From positions 4,085-68,084 of the forward strand of contig JAONGR010000002.1 of the NCBI GenBank assembly GCA_028375605.1: a stretch of DNA of 64,000 nucleotides, read 5' to 3'. This stretch comes from Arcobacteraceae bacterium (GTDB taxonomy: Bacteria > Campylobacterota > Campylobacteria > Campylobacterales > Arcobacteraceae). Positions 49,682 to 58,545 of this stretch are shown piece by piece (the first letter of the stretch is position 1; every line of letters starts with the position of its first letter). Position numbers and translations under genes: made by a program. The notes below the pieces were generated by a model. It worked only from the letters and a program-made list of their open reading frames with translations. It searched no databases and was not told the DNA's origin.

Positions 49682-50379
49682 AATTTTACTCCTTCTACAA
49701 TAACTTTATATCCAATGCCTTGAACATTTTTAATTATTTTTGAAGGAAGTTTTTTACGTAAATTTTTTACAAAGAGTCGTAAAGCATTTTGTGTCATTAC
49801 AAACTCATCATCCCAAATCTTATTTTCAATCTCTTCATAAGTAATAATTCTATTTTTTGATAAAAGTAATTTTAAAAAGTGGTTTTCTTTTTTTGTAAGT
49901 TGTAACTCTTCCTTATGATCTTTTATAATCGATTTATTAAAATCAAAAATCACATTTGTATCTAAAGTGTATAATTTGTTTTTAGTATGACTCTTAATAA
50001 AAGTAAATAACGCTTCCATAAGCTTTTCTTCTGTGATTGGTTTAATGATGTATTTAATGAGATGCAGTTGGGCTGCGTCTAGCATATATTCTAAATCTGT
50101 ATGTGCAGAAGCAATAATAACTCTTGTTTTAGAATCATCTATTCGAATTTTTTTGATAAATTCAATACCATTTTCTTTTGGCATTTTAATATCGGTAATG
50201 ATCAAGTCAGGTCTATATTCACAATATAATTTATATGCATCTGATGTGTTTTGTGCAGTATATGTATTTTTAAATAAATGAGTAAGTATCTCTGAAATAT
50301 TTTCTCTAATACCATTATCATCTTCTACATATAGTACTGAAAACGCTTTTAATTTAGCAATTAAGTTATTCTTTACGAT
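49678..50379 (-). CDS. OmpR-family response regulator (start extended to ATC at 50379)
   Basis: In-frame SVLYVEDD acidic pocket upstream of the ORF-track start; TDIKMP, KP, LTKKE...LRKKL...GIGYK winged helix. Confidence 0.9.
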   Translation of the reverse strand: MVKNNLIAKLKAFSVLYVEDDNGIRENISEILTHLFKNTYTAQNTSDAYKLYCEYRPDLIITDIKMPKENGIEFIKKIRIDDSKTRVIIASAHTDLEYMLDAAQLHLIKYIIKPITEEKLMEALFTFIKSHTKNKLYTLDTNVIFDFNKSIIKDHKEELQLTKKENHFLKLLLSKNRIITYEEIENKIWDDEFVMTQNALRLFVKNLRKKLPSKIIKNVQGIGYKVIVEGVKL

Positions 50380-50403
50380 GAAAAATCCTTATTAGAAAAA
50401 TTA

Positions 50404-50416
50404 TGTTATGATAGCA
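50404..50416. promoter_or_regulatory. Overlapping divergent extended -10 elements
   Basis: TGTTATGAT (+, 50404-50412) and TGCTATCAT (-, 50416-50408) between the RR and HK genes. Confidence 0.45.
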
Positions 50417-50439
50417 TAAATAAGGTTATAGGGACAAGT

Positions 50440-51993
50440 TTGAATTTAATTACAGAAAAAAATTTACCAAAAATGATTATCTATATTTTTAGTATTATTA
50501 TGTCAAGTATGATATTAATGATCTCATATTTTTATATTGAATATACATATAAAGATTTTGATATTCAAATGGATAGGTTTGTAAAAGAGTACTATCAGGA
50601 TAAAAGAAAAACCTTAAAAAAAGAGATAGATACCATATTTGATATTTTAAATTACAATATAGTAAGTAAGGATATAAATAATCAAGAGTTTAAAGACGAA
50701 GCGATAAGACTACTCAATAATATTACCTTTGAAGAGAAAAAAAGTAATTATTTTTTTGTATATGATATAAAAAATATAAATGGTGGCGATAAATTTGCCA
50801 TTTTATTAGTAAACCCAAATAGACCAGATTTAATCAATCGGTTCATCTCTACAAATTTTAAAGATGCCAATGGTAAAAAATTTAGAGAAGAGTTTCTTTT
50901 TAATATAAGAAAAACAGGTGAGTCATATACTGAGTATGCCTATAAAAAACCAAATGAATCTGAAGCTAAATTAAAATTATCTTACTTTAAATATCATGAA
51001 AAATTAAATTGGGTAGTTGCAGTTGGAGTATATATTGATGATATTGAGAATGAAATACTTTCAAAGAGACAAAATTTAGAAAGAAATGTTAAAAGACAAA
51101 TACATCAAAATATAGTTTTATTTTTACTTTTTTTAACTATTGCTATTGTTGTATCGATTTTTATATCACAAGAGATAGATAGGGTACTTAAAGATTATCA
51201 ACGAAAAGTAAGTGAAGATGCAAAACTTTTAGAAGAGTTGAATTCTACATTACAAAATAGGGTACAAGTTGAAATAGATAAGAATAGAGAAAAAGAACAA
51301 TTACTTGTCGAAAAATCAAGATTTATAGCACTAGGAGAGATGATATCGAATATTGCTCATCAATGGAGACAACCACTTTCGGAGCTTTCTGCTATATTAA
51401 TGAATATAAAATTTAAACATAGTTTAGGTACTTTAGATATAGACTCAATGCAAAAAAAGTCTAATGAAGCAACTAAAGTATTAGAATATATGTCTCATAC
51501 TATTGATGATTTTCGTAATTTTTTTATGCCTAAAAAAGAAAAAGAAGAATTTCTTTTATATACTATCATGAACTCTGTAATGACAATTATTTCTAGTAGT
51601 TTGGAAAATAACAATATAAAAGTAGATTTAAAAATTGATGAAAATATCAAAGTCAATACATATCTAAATGAATATCAACAAGTTGTACTAAATATTATGA
51701 AAAATGCAAAAGATGTACTTATCTGTAATGATATAAAAGATGCTTGTATTACAATAAAAGCTTATAAAGAAAATAAGTCAATTGTTTTAACCATCGAAGA
51801 TAATGGTGGTGGTATTGTTACTAAACCTAAAAATAAAATTTTCGAACCTTATTTCACCACAAAATCACAAGCTGATGGTACAGGAATAGGGCTTTACATG
51901 TCAAAAATTATTATTGATAAAAATATGGATGGAAAATTAAAAGTAACAAATATAAAAGATGGTGCAAAATTTTGGATTTTTATTCCAAGGTAA
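50440..51993 (+). CDS. sCache-domain sensor histidine kinase (probable carboxylate sensor)
   Basis: TM-sCache (YFFVYD..DANGKKF..Y.YKKP..KLSY..WVVAVGVYIDDI)-TM-IAHQWRQPL-HATPase. Confidence 0.92.
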   Translation: MNLITEKNLPKMIIYIFSIIMSSMILMISYFYIEYTYKDFDIQMDRFVKEYYQDKRKTLKKEIDTIFDILNYNIVSKDINNQEFKDEAIRLLNNITFEEKKSNYFFVYDIKNINGGDKFAILLVNPNRPDLINRFISTNFKDANGKKFREEFLFNIRKTGESYTEYAYKKPNESEAKLKLSYFKYHEKLNWVVAVGVYIDDIENEILSKRQNLERNVKRQIHQNIVLFLLFLTIAIVVSIFISQEIDRVLKDYQRKVSEDAKLLEELNSTLQNRVQVEIDKNREKEQLLVEKSRFIALGEMISNIAHQWRQPLSELSAILMNIKFKHSLGTLDIDSMQKKSNEATKVLEYMSHTIDDFRNFFMPKKEKEEFLLYTIMNSVMTIISSSLENNNIKVDLKIDENIKVNTYLNEYQQVVLNIMKNAKDVLICNDIKDACITIKAYKENKSIVLTIEDNGGGIVTKPKNKIFEPYFTTKSQADGTGIGLYMSKIIIDKNMDGKLKVTNIKDGAKFWIFIPR

Positions 51994-52024
51994 AGTATTT
52001 ATTTTTGACAATAATATATAATTT

Positions 52025-52061
52025 AAAAAGGCTTTCTTATTTTTAATAAGAAAGCCTTTTT
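52025..52061. terminator. Bidirectional Rho-independent terminator
   Basis: Perfect 17-bp inverted repeat AAAAAGGCTTTCTTATT-TTT-AATAAGAAAGCCTTTTT between the convergent HK and dctM. Confidence 0.85.
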
Positions 52062-52085
52062 TATTTTAGTAAATTTGAATTAGTT

Positions 52086-53369
52086 TCATCCACCGTACAT
52101 AAGGTTAGGTAACCATAGTGCGATTTCTGGGATATACGTTACAAGCATAAGACCAACAAAAATTGTCATAGTCCAAGGAAATGCTGCAACGATTACATCT
52201 TTTATAGACATACCAGTAAGTCCTGATGTAACAAAGAGGTTCAGTCCAACAGGAGGTGAAACCATACCAAGCTCCATATTTATAGTTACAACGATACCAA
52301 AGTGAATCGGATCTATTCCAAGTGCAATAGCAACAGGAAGTAATAAAGGCACCATAATCATAATAATCGCACTAGGTTCCATAAATGAACCAGCAATAAT
52401 TAATAATACATTTACCATTATCAAGAACATATATTTATCAACATTTGCTTCTATTAAAGCATTTGTAATACCTTGCGGAATATTCTCAATAGTTAAAAAA
52501 TGTGCAAATAACATTGCATTTGCGATAATAAACATGATCATTGCTGTTGTTTTTGCAGATTCTAAAGATACATTAAACATATCTTTAAAGTTTATATCTT
52601 TATAAACAAAAACAGAAATGATAAATGCCCAAACTGCTGCAACAGCTGCTGCTTCAGTTGGAGTAAATATACCACCATAAATACCACCAATAACAATAAC
52701 AATAGTCATAAGACCCCAAGACGCATCTTTCATCTTAGCTAGTCTTTCTCTAAATGGTGCAGGTTCAGTTCTTTTAAAACCAAGTCTAACAGCACCAATA
52801 TAAGTAACTACCATCATCATAATACCTAGCATTATTCCAGGAACAACACCAGCCATAAATAATCTACCAATAGAAACTTCAGCGGTAACACCAAAAACGA
52901 TTAAAACAATCGAAGGTGGAATTAAAATACCTAATGATCCAGCAGTAGCAATAGTACCAACTGCATATTTTTTAGGATATCCAGCTTGCATAATAGCTCC
53001 AAACATAATAGAACCAATAGCTACAACAGTTGCAGGTGAAGACCCAGAAACAGCAGCAAATATAATAGATGCAAAAATAGCTGAAATAGGAAGACCACCT
53101 GGAAGGTGTCCTACAATTGATTTTGCAAATTCAATAATTCTTGTGGCTGCACTACCTTTAGAAAGTAAATTACCCGCTAAAATAAACATAGGAATAGCCA
53201 TCAGTGAATAATGTTCAACTTTTTCAAACATTAAAGATGAAACTTCAATAGGTGAGATGTCAGTAAATAACATCATTGTTGTAAATGTAGCAACCCCTAA
53301 ACAAACTGCAATAGGACTACCTAAAATTACAAGAAAAAAGAAAATACCAAAAAGTACTGTAACACTCAT
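52086..53369 (-). CDS. dctM: TRAP transporter large permease
   Basis: AIPMFILAG, SGSSPAT, LGILIPPS, GIFTPTEAA, GIDPIHFG and SPPVGLNLF motifs. Confidence 0.95.
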   Translation of the reverse strand: MSVTVLFGIFFFLVILGSPIAVCLGVATFTTMMLFTDISPIEVSSLMFEKVEHYSLMAIPMFILAGNLLSKGSAATRIIEFAKSIVGHLPGGLPISAIFASIIFAAVSGSSPATVVAIGSIMFGAIMQAGYPKKYAVGTIATAGSLGILIPPSIVLIVFGVTAEVSIGRLFMAGVVPGIMLGIMMMVVTYIGAVRLGFKRTEPAPFRERLAKMKDASWGLMTIVIVIGGIYGGIFTPTEAAAVAAVWAFIISVFVYKDINFKDMFNVSLESAKTTAMIMFIIANAMLFAHFLTIENIPQGITNALIEANVDKYMFLIMVNVLLIIAGSFMEPSAIIMIMVPLLLPVAIALGIDPIHFGIVVTINMELGMVSPPVGLNLFVTSGLTGMSIKDVIVAAFPWTMTIFVGLMLVTYIPEIALWLPNLMYGG

Positions 53370-53983
53370 AGCATACCTCCTGTTTTCTTTTCGACTTCTT
53401 TTACCATATCATTTAAACCTTTTACATGTTCATTTGAATCGTCTTTTGAACCAATTCCCATACCTGCTAAAACCTGTTCTGCTTCACTTTCTGCTACAAC
53501 TTCATCATGAGGAGTTTTGATAATTTGTGTAATCTTTTCTCCAACTCTATAAGCTGCAAATGCAAATGAAACAGGGATTACTAAATAAACAATCCACATA
53601 GGCATATCCCATAAATCAATAGATCTCTCATCAATTTCATGAACTAACAATAAATACTCATATCCATAGTATGCAACTGCTAGTAAAAAAATAATAGTAA
53701 TTGTATGTGAAGTTAAAAGCATGATTTTTGCTATTTTTGAAGGCATAATATCTAAAACAATAGTTACCGCAATATGTGCATCTTTTTTAAAACAATAAGC
53801 AGCCCCAAAAAAGGCACTCCAAAGAAATAAAAATATTGTCATCTCTGTTGCCCATACAAGTGATGCATCAAAAGCATATCTTGCAACAACATTTGTAAAA
53901 GCAACAGCAACACCGGCTGTAATACCGAATGCTGCTATTGATTGATTTATAAAACCGATAGTTTTACTAATAATATTAGACAT
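53366..53983 (-). CDS. dctQ: TRAP transporter small permease
   Basis: NVVARY...WATE...FFGAAY...HI.V, four TMs. Confidence 0.92.
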   Translation of the reverse strand: MSNIISKTIGFINQSIAAFGITAGVAVAFTNVVARYAFDASLVWATEMTIFLFLWSAFFGAAYCFKKDAHIAVTIVLDIMPSKIAKIMLLTSHTITIIFLLAVAYYGYEYLLLVHEIDERSIDLWDMPMWIVYLVIPVSFAFAAYRVGEKITQIIKTPHDEVVAESEAEQVLAGMGIGSKDDSNEHVKGLNDMVKEVEKKTGGML

Positions 53984-53985
53984 AT

Positions 53986-54981
53986 TTATTTAGTCGCTAT
54001 TGTTTTCTCAATTAAGTCTTGACCTATTTTTCTTTTAGAGTAAAAGTCAGGATAAATTGCACTTACTTTTTCTCTCCAAGCTTGTTTTTGTGCATCAGTT
54101 AATGTAAATATTTCTATTTTACCTGTTTTCTTAGCATAATCTTGAATTAATTTTAATTGCTTCATATTTAAATCTAAAGCGTATTGTCTTTCTTTTTCAG
54201 TTGCTTCATTCATTGCTTGAGTTACATTTTTTTGTAAATCTTCAGGTAATGAATTCCAGAATTTTTTAGACATTACAACTAAGTATCCTAAATAACCATG
54301 ATCTGAGATAGAAAGGTATTTTTGAACTTCGTGGAATTTTTTAGTATAGATATTTGAGATAGGATTCTCAGCTGCATCGATTACACCTTGTTGTAATCCT
54401 GAATATACTTCAGAGAAAGGCATCATTTGTGGATTTGCTCCAACTGCATGAAATTGTGCTTCAAGTACTTTAGAAGACATAATTCTAAATTTTTGTCCTT
54501 TTGCATCTTCAGGGTTTAATAAAGGTTTTTTATTTGAAGATAATTGTTTAAATCCATTATCCCAAAAGTTTAACGCAACGATACCTTTAGCAGTTACCAT
54601 TGATTTAAGTTTTGTACCAACTTCTCCATCTTGAACTCTATGTAAATGATCTAAATCTTTAAAGATAAATGGTAAATCAAATAATGCTAATTGAGGTACA
54701 ATTTTACCAAATTTAGAAAAACTTGGTGCTGCCATTTGTACAGAGTTTAATCGTAATGCTTTTAAAACTGCATTATCTTTATATAATTGTGATGAAGGGT
54801 AAACTTGAACATCAATTTTACCACCAGATAACTCTTCTAGTCTTTTTTCAAAGAAGTCTGCTGCTTTACCTTTTGGTGTGTTTTGGCTCACAACATGTGA
54901 GAATTTTAGTGTATAATCCGCTGCCATACCTGATGTAGCTGCCACTGCTGCTGCTAATGTACTTAAAACTAATTTTTTCAT
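53986..54981 (-). CDS. dctP: TRAP C4-dicarboxylate-binding protein
   Basis: Signal peptide; FSHVV..NTPKG, FDLPF, WDNGFK, KFRIM and EVYSGLQQGVIDAAENP motifs. Confidence 0.95.
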   Translation of the reverse strand: MKKLVLSTLAAAVAATSGMAADYTLKFSHVVSQNTPKGKAADFFEKRLEELSGGKIDVQVYPSSQLYKDNAVLKALRLNSVQMAAPSFSKFGKIVPQLALFDLPFIFKDLDHLHRVQDGEVGTKLKSMVTAKGIVALNFWDNGFKQLSSNKKPLLNPEDAKGQKFRIMSSKVLEAQFHAVGANPQMMPFSEVYSGLQQGVIDAAENPISNIYTKKFHEVQKYLSISDHGYLGYLVVMSKKFWNSLPEDLQKNVTQAMNEATEKERQYALDLNMKQLKLIQDYAKKTGKIEIFTLTDAQKQAWREKVSAIYPDFYSKRKIGQDLIEKTIATK

Positions 54982-55010
54982 TTCTTACTCCTTAAATTTA
55001 TCGATAAAAA

Positions 55011-55042
55011 AGTATAGTTAAAAGTTATGTATCAATTATGTA
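55011..55042 (-). promoter_or_regulatory. dctP promoter: -10 TATACT plus tandem TACATAA direct repeat
   Basis: TTATGTA at 55025-55031 and 55036-55042 on + (11-bp period) upstream of TATACT (55016-55011, - strand). Confidence 0.5.
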
Positions 55043-55092
55043 GATGTTTTAAAATTTAATTTTTTTTTGAAAGTTGTACATATTGAGAAAAT

Positions 55093-55593
55093 TTATTTGA
55101 TTTTTTGAGAAATTCCAAGTTTGACTTCGTAGACTTCATCGCATATCTTAGCTATTTTTTGTCCAATGATACCTGTGGTATCAACAAATTTTCTACTCAT
55201 TTTATCCATTGGAATGACTCCGCTATTAACATCATTGAGTACAAAAATGATGTTGGTATTGAGTTTTTTAAGTTTTTTTAATTGTTTAATCAACTCATTA
55301 TCACCATTCTTAAAGTTGTTTAAAATCCACATGGAAATACAGTCTATTAAATAAGTTTCATTTTTTTTGATAACTTTTGGTAGATTTAAAGTTTCTTCTA
55401 TGGTAGTGAAGTTATTTTTACGTTGTTTTTTGTGAGTATTAACTCTTTTTTTCATCTCATTGTCAAAATAACTATTATCATAAGTAGCTATATAAAAAGG
55501 TTTTTTATTAGTTTTTTTAGCTAATTTTATTGCTTTTTTTTCAGCTAATTTAGATTTACCACTTTTTTGACCACCAAAGTATAATATAAACAT
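55093..55593 (-). CDS. cobU: Bifunctional adenosylcobinamide kinase / cobinamide-phosphate guanylyltransferase
   Basis: GGQKSGKS..AE, YIAT, EM..RV..H..QR, LIDC...W and V.NDV..G.IP...SRKFVD..G motifs. Confidence 0.92.
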   Translation of the reverse strand: MFILYFGGQKSGKSKLAEKKAIKLAKKTNKKPFYIATYDNSYFDNEMKKRVNTHKKQRKNNFTTIEETLNLPKVIKKNETYLIDCISMWILNNFKNGDNELIKQLKKLKKLNTNIIFVLNDVNSGVIPMDKMSRKFVDTTGIIGQKIAKICDEVYEVKLGISQKIK

Positions 55594-55594
55594 G

Positions 55595-56653
55595 TTATTT
55601 TAAAAACTCTTCAATTTGTTTAGTAATAGACTCTTGAGATAATCCATTTATCATTCCGTAAACTAAAGCTCCACCAGCTCCTACACCTTCTTTCGCTTCA
55701 CCTTCATCATATAGTTTTAAAGCGGGATGAGTTGATAAACTAAAATCAAAATTTGAATAATAACTATTAACAGAAAAGTCACACAATTCGATTAGCTTTT
55801 TAATATCACTATTTTCATCATTTGCTATCCATGAAGTAGTTGCAAGTGCTAAGTTAGAAGTTTCTATTTTACCCTGCATCACTTCTAGTATTTTATTTAC
55901 AACTAAAAGTATGCAAGCCATTTGTGTACCACCAGCTAAAATAACTGGAATTTTATTGTTTAATCCTAAAATAAAACCAGCATTAAAGATAATCATATTA
56001 TCAGATATATTTCCTAGAATCTTAAATATATCATCATTTTTATCTGTATTTTTTAATGCTTCTTCTATAGTATTTTCTCTTATATCATTTGGCACATTTT
56101 TAAAACTACTACTAAAAGCATTTTTACATTCATATCCAAGTGCTAATGCTGTAGCTTTTGCAGTCGTTGTACCACTAGGCACTGACTCACCTAATATGAT
56201 GTAATCATTTTTACATTCATATTCTTGACCAAATGATATACCCTTTTGAAATAATTCTTGAGCATCTATATTTGCACCAGTTTTTATACTGTTACTTGGT
56301 TTAATATCGAAATCATGTATTTTAAAATAGTTTACTCTTGGACGTTGTTTTAATCCAAGATTTAGTAATTCAATATCTGAAAAAGGATTTAACAAATGAA
56401 CAGCACGAGTTATAAGTGCTGGAGTAGGTACACCTTTGGGAGTCTCTGCAATATTATCTAGACTACGTACTTGTCCTGTTGTTAAAAATTCACTATCAAG
56501 TGTAGGGGTAAGATAGATTTGTCCTGGAATTCCAGCTTGTGTAATTCCATCAATGTCTGCTGTCTTTGTATTTGAGAGAGCTAACATAAATGTAGCTTTT
56601 TTACCTCTTAATGATTCAATAAAATCTACATTTCCTGTGATATTTTTAATCAT
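55595..56653 (-). CDS. cobT: Nicotinate-nucleotide--DMB phosphoribosyltransferase, archaeal/cyanobacterial type (TIGR00303-like)
   Basis: T.TA.IDGITQAG, TPTLDSEF, PTPALITRA, GESVPSGTTTA, LAGGTQM and Y..GEAKEGVGAGG motifs. Confidence 0.88.
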   Translation of the reverse strand: MIKNITGNVDFIESLRGKKATFMLALSNTKTADIDGITQAGIPGQIYLTPTLDSEFLTTGQVRSLDNIAETPKGVPTPALITRAVHLLNPFSDIELLNLGLKQRPRVNYFKIHDFDIKPSNSIKTGANIDAQELFQKGISFGQEYECKNDYIILGESVPSGTTTAKATALALGYECKNAFSSSFKNVPNDIRENTIEEALKNTDKNDDIFKILGNISDNMIIFNAGFILGLNNKIPVILAGGTQMACILLVVNKILEVMQGKIETSNLALATTSWIANDENSDIKKLIELCDFSVNSYYSNFDFSLSTHPALKLYDEGEAKEGVGAGGALVYGMINGLSQESITKQIEEFLK

Positions 56654-56662
56654 AGTAGTCCT

Positions 56663-57541
56663 TTAAAATATTATTTGCAATAGTACCAAAATAAACACTA
56701 TAAATATATCAAATCGCACCCTTAATTTTAAAGAATTTAAAATATCTTTCTTTGATATGTTTTCACTTCCTTCACTATAGTTTGCTTTTTCTTTTATTTT
56801 TCCAAAATATGAAGTATTCCCACCTAGTTTAACTCCTATAGAAAAACCTAAAGCACTTATTGGATAACCTGCATTTGGACTTTCGTGAAGTTTTCCATAT
56901 GAGAATATTTTTTTGATAATTTTTATCTTCCAAAATAGTAGAGCTATAATTAGAGCAGTTAAACGTGATGGAATATAATTTACTACATCATCTAAAATAG
57001 CTGAAAACTTACCAAAGTTTTCATATCTTTCATTTCTATATCCAACCATTGAATCTAATGTATTTATAGCTTTATATAAAAACAATCCCACAATTCCAAA
57101 ACAAAATAAATAAAACAAAGGTGCAACGATACCATCACTGAAGTTTTCTCCATATGTTTCAATGGCTGCTTTATTGATGTCACTTTCATTTAATTCTTTT
57201 GTATCTCGACTTACGAGATACTTTATATTTGTAGGATGTAATACGATATCTTTTACACTATCGTATAACATTTTAGAAGCTATTCCTGTTGAAGCTAAGA
57301 TAGCTAATAGATAAACATTTGATATAAAATAAGTAATAGAAAAGGTAATATAAAAAACAATAAAAAGTAATGAGATAGTTAATATAAACCCTCTTAATAC
57401 ACTATCTTTATAAAATTTCTTTTCAAAGTATTTTATAAAATCACCCATAAAAACTACTGGATGCTTGATATATTTGTTATATTTAAACTCACCAAAAATT
57501 CTATCGATTAAGTAAGCAAGTAATGTAATCATTATATACAT
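56663..57541 (-). CDS. cbiB: Adenosylcobinamide-phosphate synthase CbiB
   Basis: HPV..MG, LVSRDT, AAIETYGENFSDGIVAPLFY, YKAINTLDSMVGY and HESPNAG motifs. Confidence 0.95.
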   Translation of the reverse strand: MYIMITLLAYLIDRIFGEFKYNKYIKHPVVFMGDFIKYFEKKFYKDSVLRGFILTISLLFIVFYITFSITYFISNVYLLAILASTGIASKMLYDSVKDIVLHPTNIKYLVSRDTKELNESDINKAAIETYGENFSDGIVAPLFYLFCFGIVGLFLYKAINTLDSMVGYRNERYENFGKFSAILDDVVNYIPSRLTALIIALLFWKIKIIKKIFSYGKLHESPNAGYPISALGFSIGVKLGGNTSYFGKIKEKANYSEGSENISKKDILNSLKLRVRFDIFIVFILVLLQIIF

Positions 57542-58545
57542 ATAGAATTGAGTGCCTTCTTTAATTTATCGATATTTTTAGAACTTTTAACTGCTATTCT
57601 AACAAACTCTTCATCCAAAAAATCAAAGTTAGAACAATCTCGTATCATTATTTTATATGGTTTTAGTAACTCTTGAAATTGAGATGCTGTAATTGTTTTT
57701 AGTTGCACTAAAACAAAGTTTGCTGACGAATCAAAGATATGATTAGTGTATTTAAACTCTTTTAGTATTTTTACTAAGTACTCTTTATTTGTGATATTTA
57801 TAGCTTTTGATATTTGAGGAAATTTTGTATCTTTTATCACTTCATTTACATAAGCCATATCTAGTTCTGATATTTTCCACATTGGCTCATATTTTTTAAT
57901 ATTTTTTATATTAGAAGATGATGACACTACACTTCCTATTCTTACCCCTGCGCAAGAATAAAATTTTGTAAGTGATTTGAGGATATAGAGTTTATCATAT
58001 TTATTGATATATTCTAAACATGATTTTTGTATTGTGAACTCTATAAATGATTCATCGATTAAAATAGTACAGTTTTTTTCCATCCATTTTGAAAGTAGGG
58101 TATCGATATCATAAAAACTTCCATCAGGAGTGCTTGGATTTACAAATACCACTAACGAATTTGGTAATATCTCTTTATCTAAGTCAACAAAACGATTTAT
58201 AAGTTCAACTTGGTAGTCAAAAGTAGATGCAGCTTTTTTATACTCTAAATAAGCAGGTGAATAAATATAACATAGTCGAGTATTAAAGAATCTAAAAAGT
58301 GAAAATATGGCAGAACTAGCTCCATTAAATAACTCTAACTCAGAATTTTCTATACCATATAAGTTTGCTATATTATTATAAAGCTCATCATAAGTAGGGT
58401 ATGAAGATATATCAATATCATTAAAATCGATACCTATATCAGGTTTTATAAAATTTATATTAGATGAGAGATCAACTACTTCAGAAACATCACAATTAAT
58501 CTCTTTAGCAAATCCTTTTACATCTCCACCATGTTTGAAATTCAT
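57532..58545 (-). CDS. cobD: Threonine-phosphate decarboxylase (Salmonella CobD / Pseudomonas CobC type, PLP-dependent)
   Basis: HGG, DLSSNIN, NGAS, NPSTPDG, IDESFIEF, KSLTKFYSCAGVRIG and IRDCSNF motifs; adjacent to cbiB. Confidence 0.85.
   Translation of the reverse strand: MNFKHGGDVKGFAKEINCDVSEVVDLSSNINFIKPDIGIDFNDIDISSYPTYDELYNNIANLYGIENSELELFNGASSAIFSLFRFFNTRLCYIYSPAYLEYKKAASTFDYQVELINRFVDLDKEILPNSLVVFVNPSTPDGSFYDIDTLLSKWMEKNCTILIDESFIEFTIQKSCLEYINKYDKLYILKSLTKFYSCAGVRIGSVVSSSSNIKNIKKYEPMWKISELDMAYVNEVIKDTKFPQISKAINITNKEYLVKILKEFKYTNHIFDSSANFVLVQLKTITASQFQELLKPYKIMIRDCSNFDFLDEEFVRIAVKSSKNIDKLKKALNSICI

Noticed and set aside
41755-50205. Calling cobQ, cobS and the response regulator 5'-truncated pseudogenes on the basis of the ORF-track starts
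   Set aside because: The missing N-terminal motifs are present in frame with no frameshift or stop and are preceded by well-spaced SD sequences; non-canonical starts explain this better
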